Shown: piece after piece, positions 6,380 to 7,114 of the stretch
Layout of the letters: every line of letters begins with the position of its first letter
How positions within the stretch are numbered: the first letter of the stretch is position 1
Virus record (IMG/VR): IMGVR_UViG_3300019374_000122
Location: 1-7,114 of that record
Reading direction: 5' to 3' (one strand)
DNA from: a virus
Taxonomy: Duplodnaviria; Heunggongvirae; Uroviricota; Caudoviricetes
Length of the DNA: 7,114 bases
Notes under the pieces: generated by a model
The model's input: only the letters and a program-made list of their open reading frames with translations
The model's database searches: none
Told to the model about the DNA's origin: nothing
Made by a program: the position numbers and the translations under genes

Positions 6380-6702
6380 ACTTTCAGGCCCCTCTCATGT
6401 AACCAGTGGGTTGCACGCAGCCTTGCGTTTTCCTCACCGGCAAGCAGTGAGCGGATAATCCCGACCGCCTCGCTGTCGTCGTCCTTCACCGCGGTATGAA
6501 GCGTGATGCCCCGGGCCACGCCACGCTTTATCGTGATGACGCCTTTTTTCTCCAGTGCGCGAAGATGCTCCACCGCTGCATTCACTGAACGGTATCCCAG
6601 CATGGTTGCCACCTCCTGATTGGTTGGCGGGAAGCCACGTTCTTTCTGATAAGAAATCAGCATATCCAGCACCTGCTGCTGGCATTGAGTTAACGTCGTC
6701 AT
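6376..6702 (-). CDS. LexA N-terminal DNA-binding-domain homolog lacking the S24 peptidase domain (108 aa)
   Basis: From ATG 6702..6700: MTTLTQCQQQVLDMLISYQKERGFPPTNQEVATMLGYRSVNAAVEHLRALEKKGVITIKRGVARGITL aligns with E. coli LexA residues ~4-68 ([65 protein letters not shown]). No Ser/Lys protease domain follows. The start overlaps the upstream stop as TAATG. Confidence 0.8.
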   Translation of the reverse strand: MTTLTQCQQQVLDMLISYQKERGFPPTNQEVATMLGYRSVNAAVEHLRALEKKGVITIKRGVARGITLHTAVKDDDSEAVGIIRSLLAGEENARLRATHWLHERGLKV

Positions 6703-7052
6703 TAAGCCCCCACGTAATTCCCTGACAGATACCACTCATCACCCGATGCAGCGCGCTTGCTGCTTTTCCGTAAGCACCGCTCACGACGCGCAAGAAAATT
6801 GTTTCGCTCTTGCTGGGAGTGGCTTTCACGGAATGCCGCCATCCACACCGTTGCAGCACGACGGTATAAGCCCCTGGACTCCAGTTCTTCCGCCTGGCGG
6901 GTCAGGCACAAAATCTCCCGCGGGTCGTTAGTGCCGACATAGAAATTGCGCACAGGTCTGGTTTCACGAACTGGTTGCGGTTCCGCCTCCTGCGCTCTCT
7001 CAGTCAGGCGCGGGAAATGTCTGCGTGTATCCCCTTCACAACGGTGAGCCAC
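6702..7052 (-). CDS. PerC-family-like regulator domain; true start uncertain because the frame stays open to the window edge
   Basis: AEELESRGLYRRAATVWMAAF...ERNNFLARRERCL resembles the PerC/Pch pattern (AExLExxGxWRRAAxxW...RRxxCL). The track start is a GTG at 7052, and the same frame has no stop between 7053 and 7114. Confidence 0.55.
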   Translation of the reverse strand: MAHRCEGDTRRHFPRLTERAQEAEPQPVRETRPVRNFYVGTNDPREILCLTRQAEELESRGLYRRAATVWMAAFRESHSQQERNNFLARRERCLRKSSKRAASGDEWYLSGNYVGA

Positions 7053-7114
7053 ACGACCACTCTGACGTAACTTGCTTGCTGACTGCAGAACGCGCTGCCG
7101 TGAGTAACCTGCAA

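Noticed and set aside
4107-6458. Plus-strand ORFs 4107..4451, 4411..4683, 4814..5071, 5215..5427, 5806..6027, 6150..6458
   Set aside because: All are antisense to minus-strand genes with recognisable family signatures (Q, DUF968, KilA-N, RusA) and show no independent coding evidence.
6434-6859. 141-aa minus-strand ORF
   Set aside because: It is an alternative frame overlapping both the LexA-like and PerC-like genes, which have convincing homology patterns. Arg/Gly-rich low-complexity translation, most likely spurious.
1-7114. CRISPR arrays, IS elements, integrase or att sites, rRNA
   Set aside because: No regularly spaced short repeats, no transposase or integrase-like translations, and no terminal inverted repeats. 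The only repeat is the 321-bp-offset holin duplication.

Overview
The window is the late-regulatory/lysis junction of a lambdoid prophage (Enterobacteriaceae-type), with all phage backbone genes on the minus strand. From high to low coordinates: PerC-like regulator, LexA DNA-binding-domain-only protein, RusA resolvase, KilA-N protein, DUF968-like protein, Q antiterminator, then (after an inserted island) a small ORF, a frameshifted beta-class DNA methyltransferase, a lambda S-type holin, and the start of a lambda R-type endolysin that is fused in-frame after codon 39 to a diverged second copy of the holin 3' region. The most interesting feature is an AT-rich two-gene island on the plus strand (2333..3745), inserted convergently right after Q. 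It encodes a 313-aa soluble protein with no motif I recognise and a ~149-aa four-helix membrane protein, an architecture reminiscent of lambda RexA/RexB-type exclusion modules. I propose it as a candidate uncharacterised anti-phage or superinfection-exclusion system. All calls come from reading the translations and sequence by eye; no database search was run, and protein-family matches rely on remembered reference sequences.
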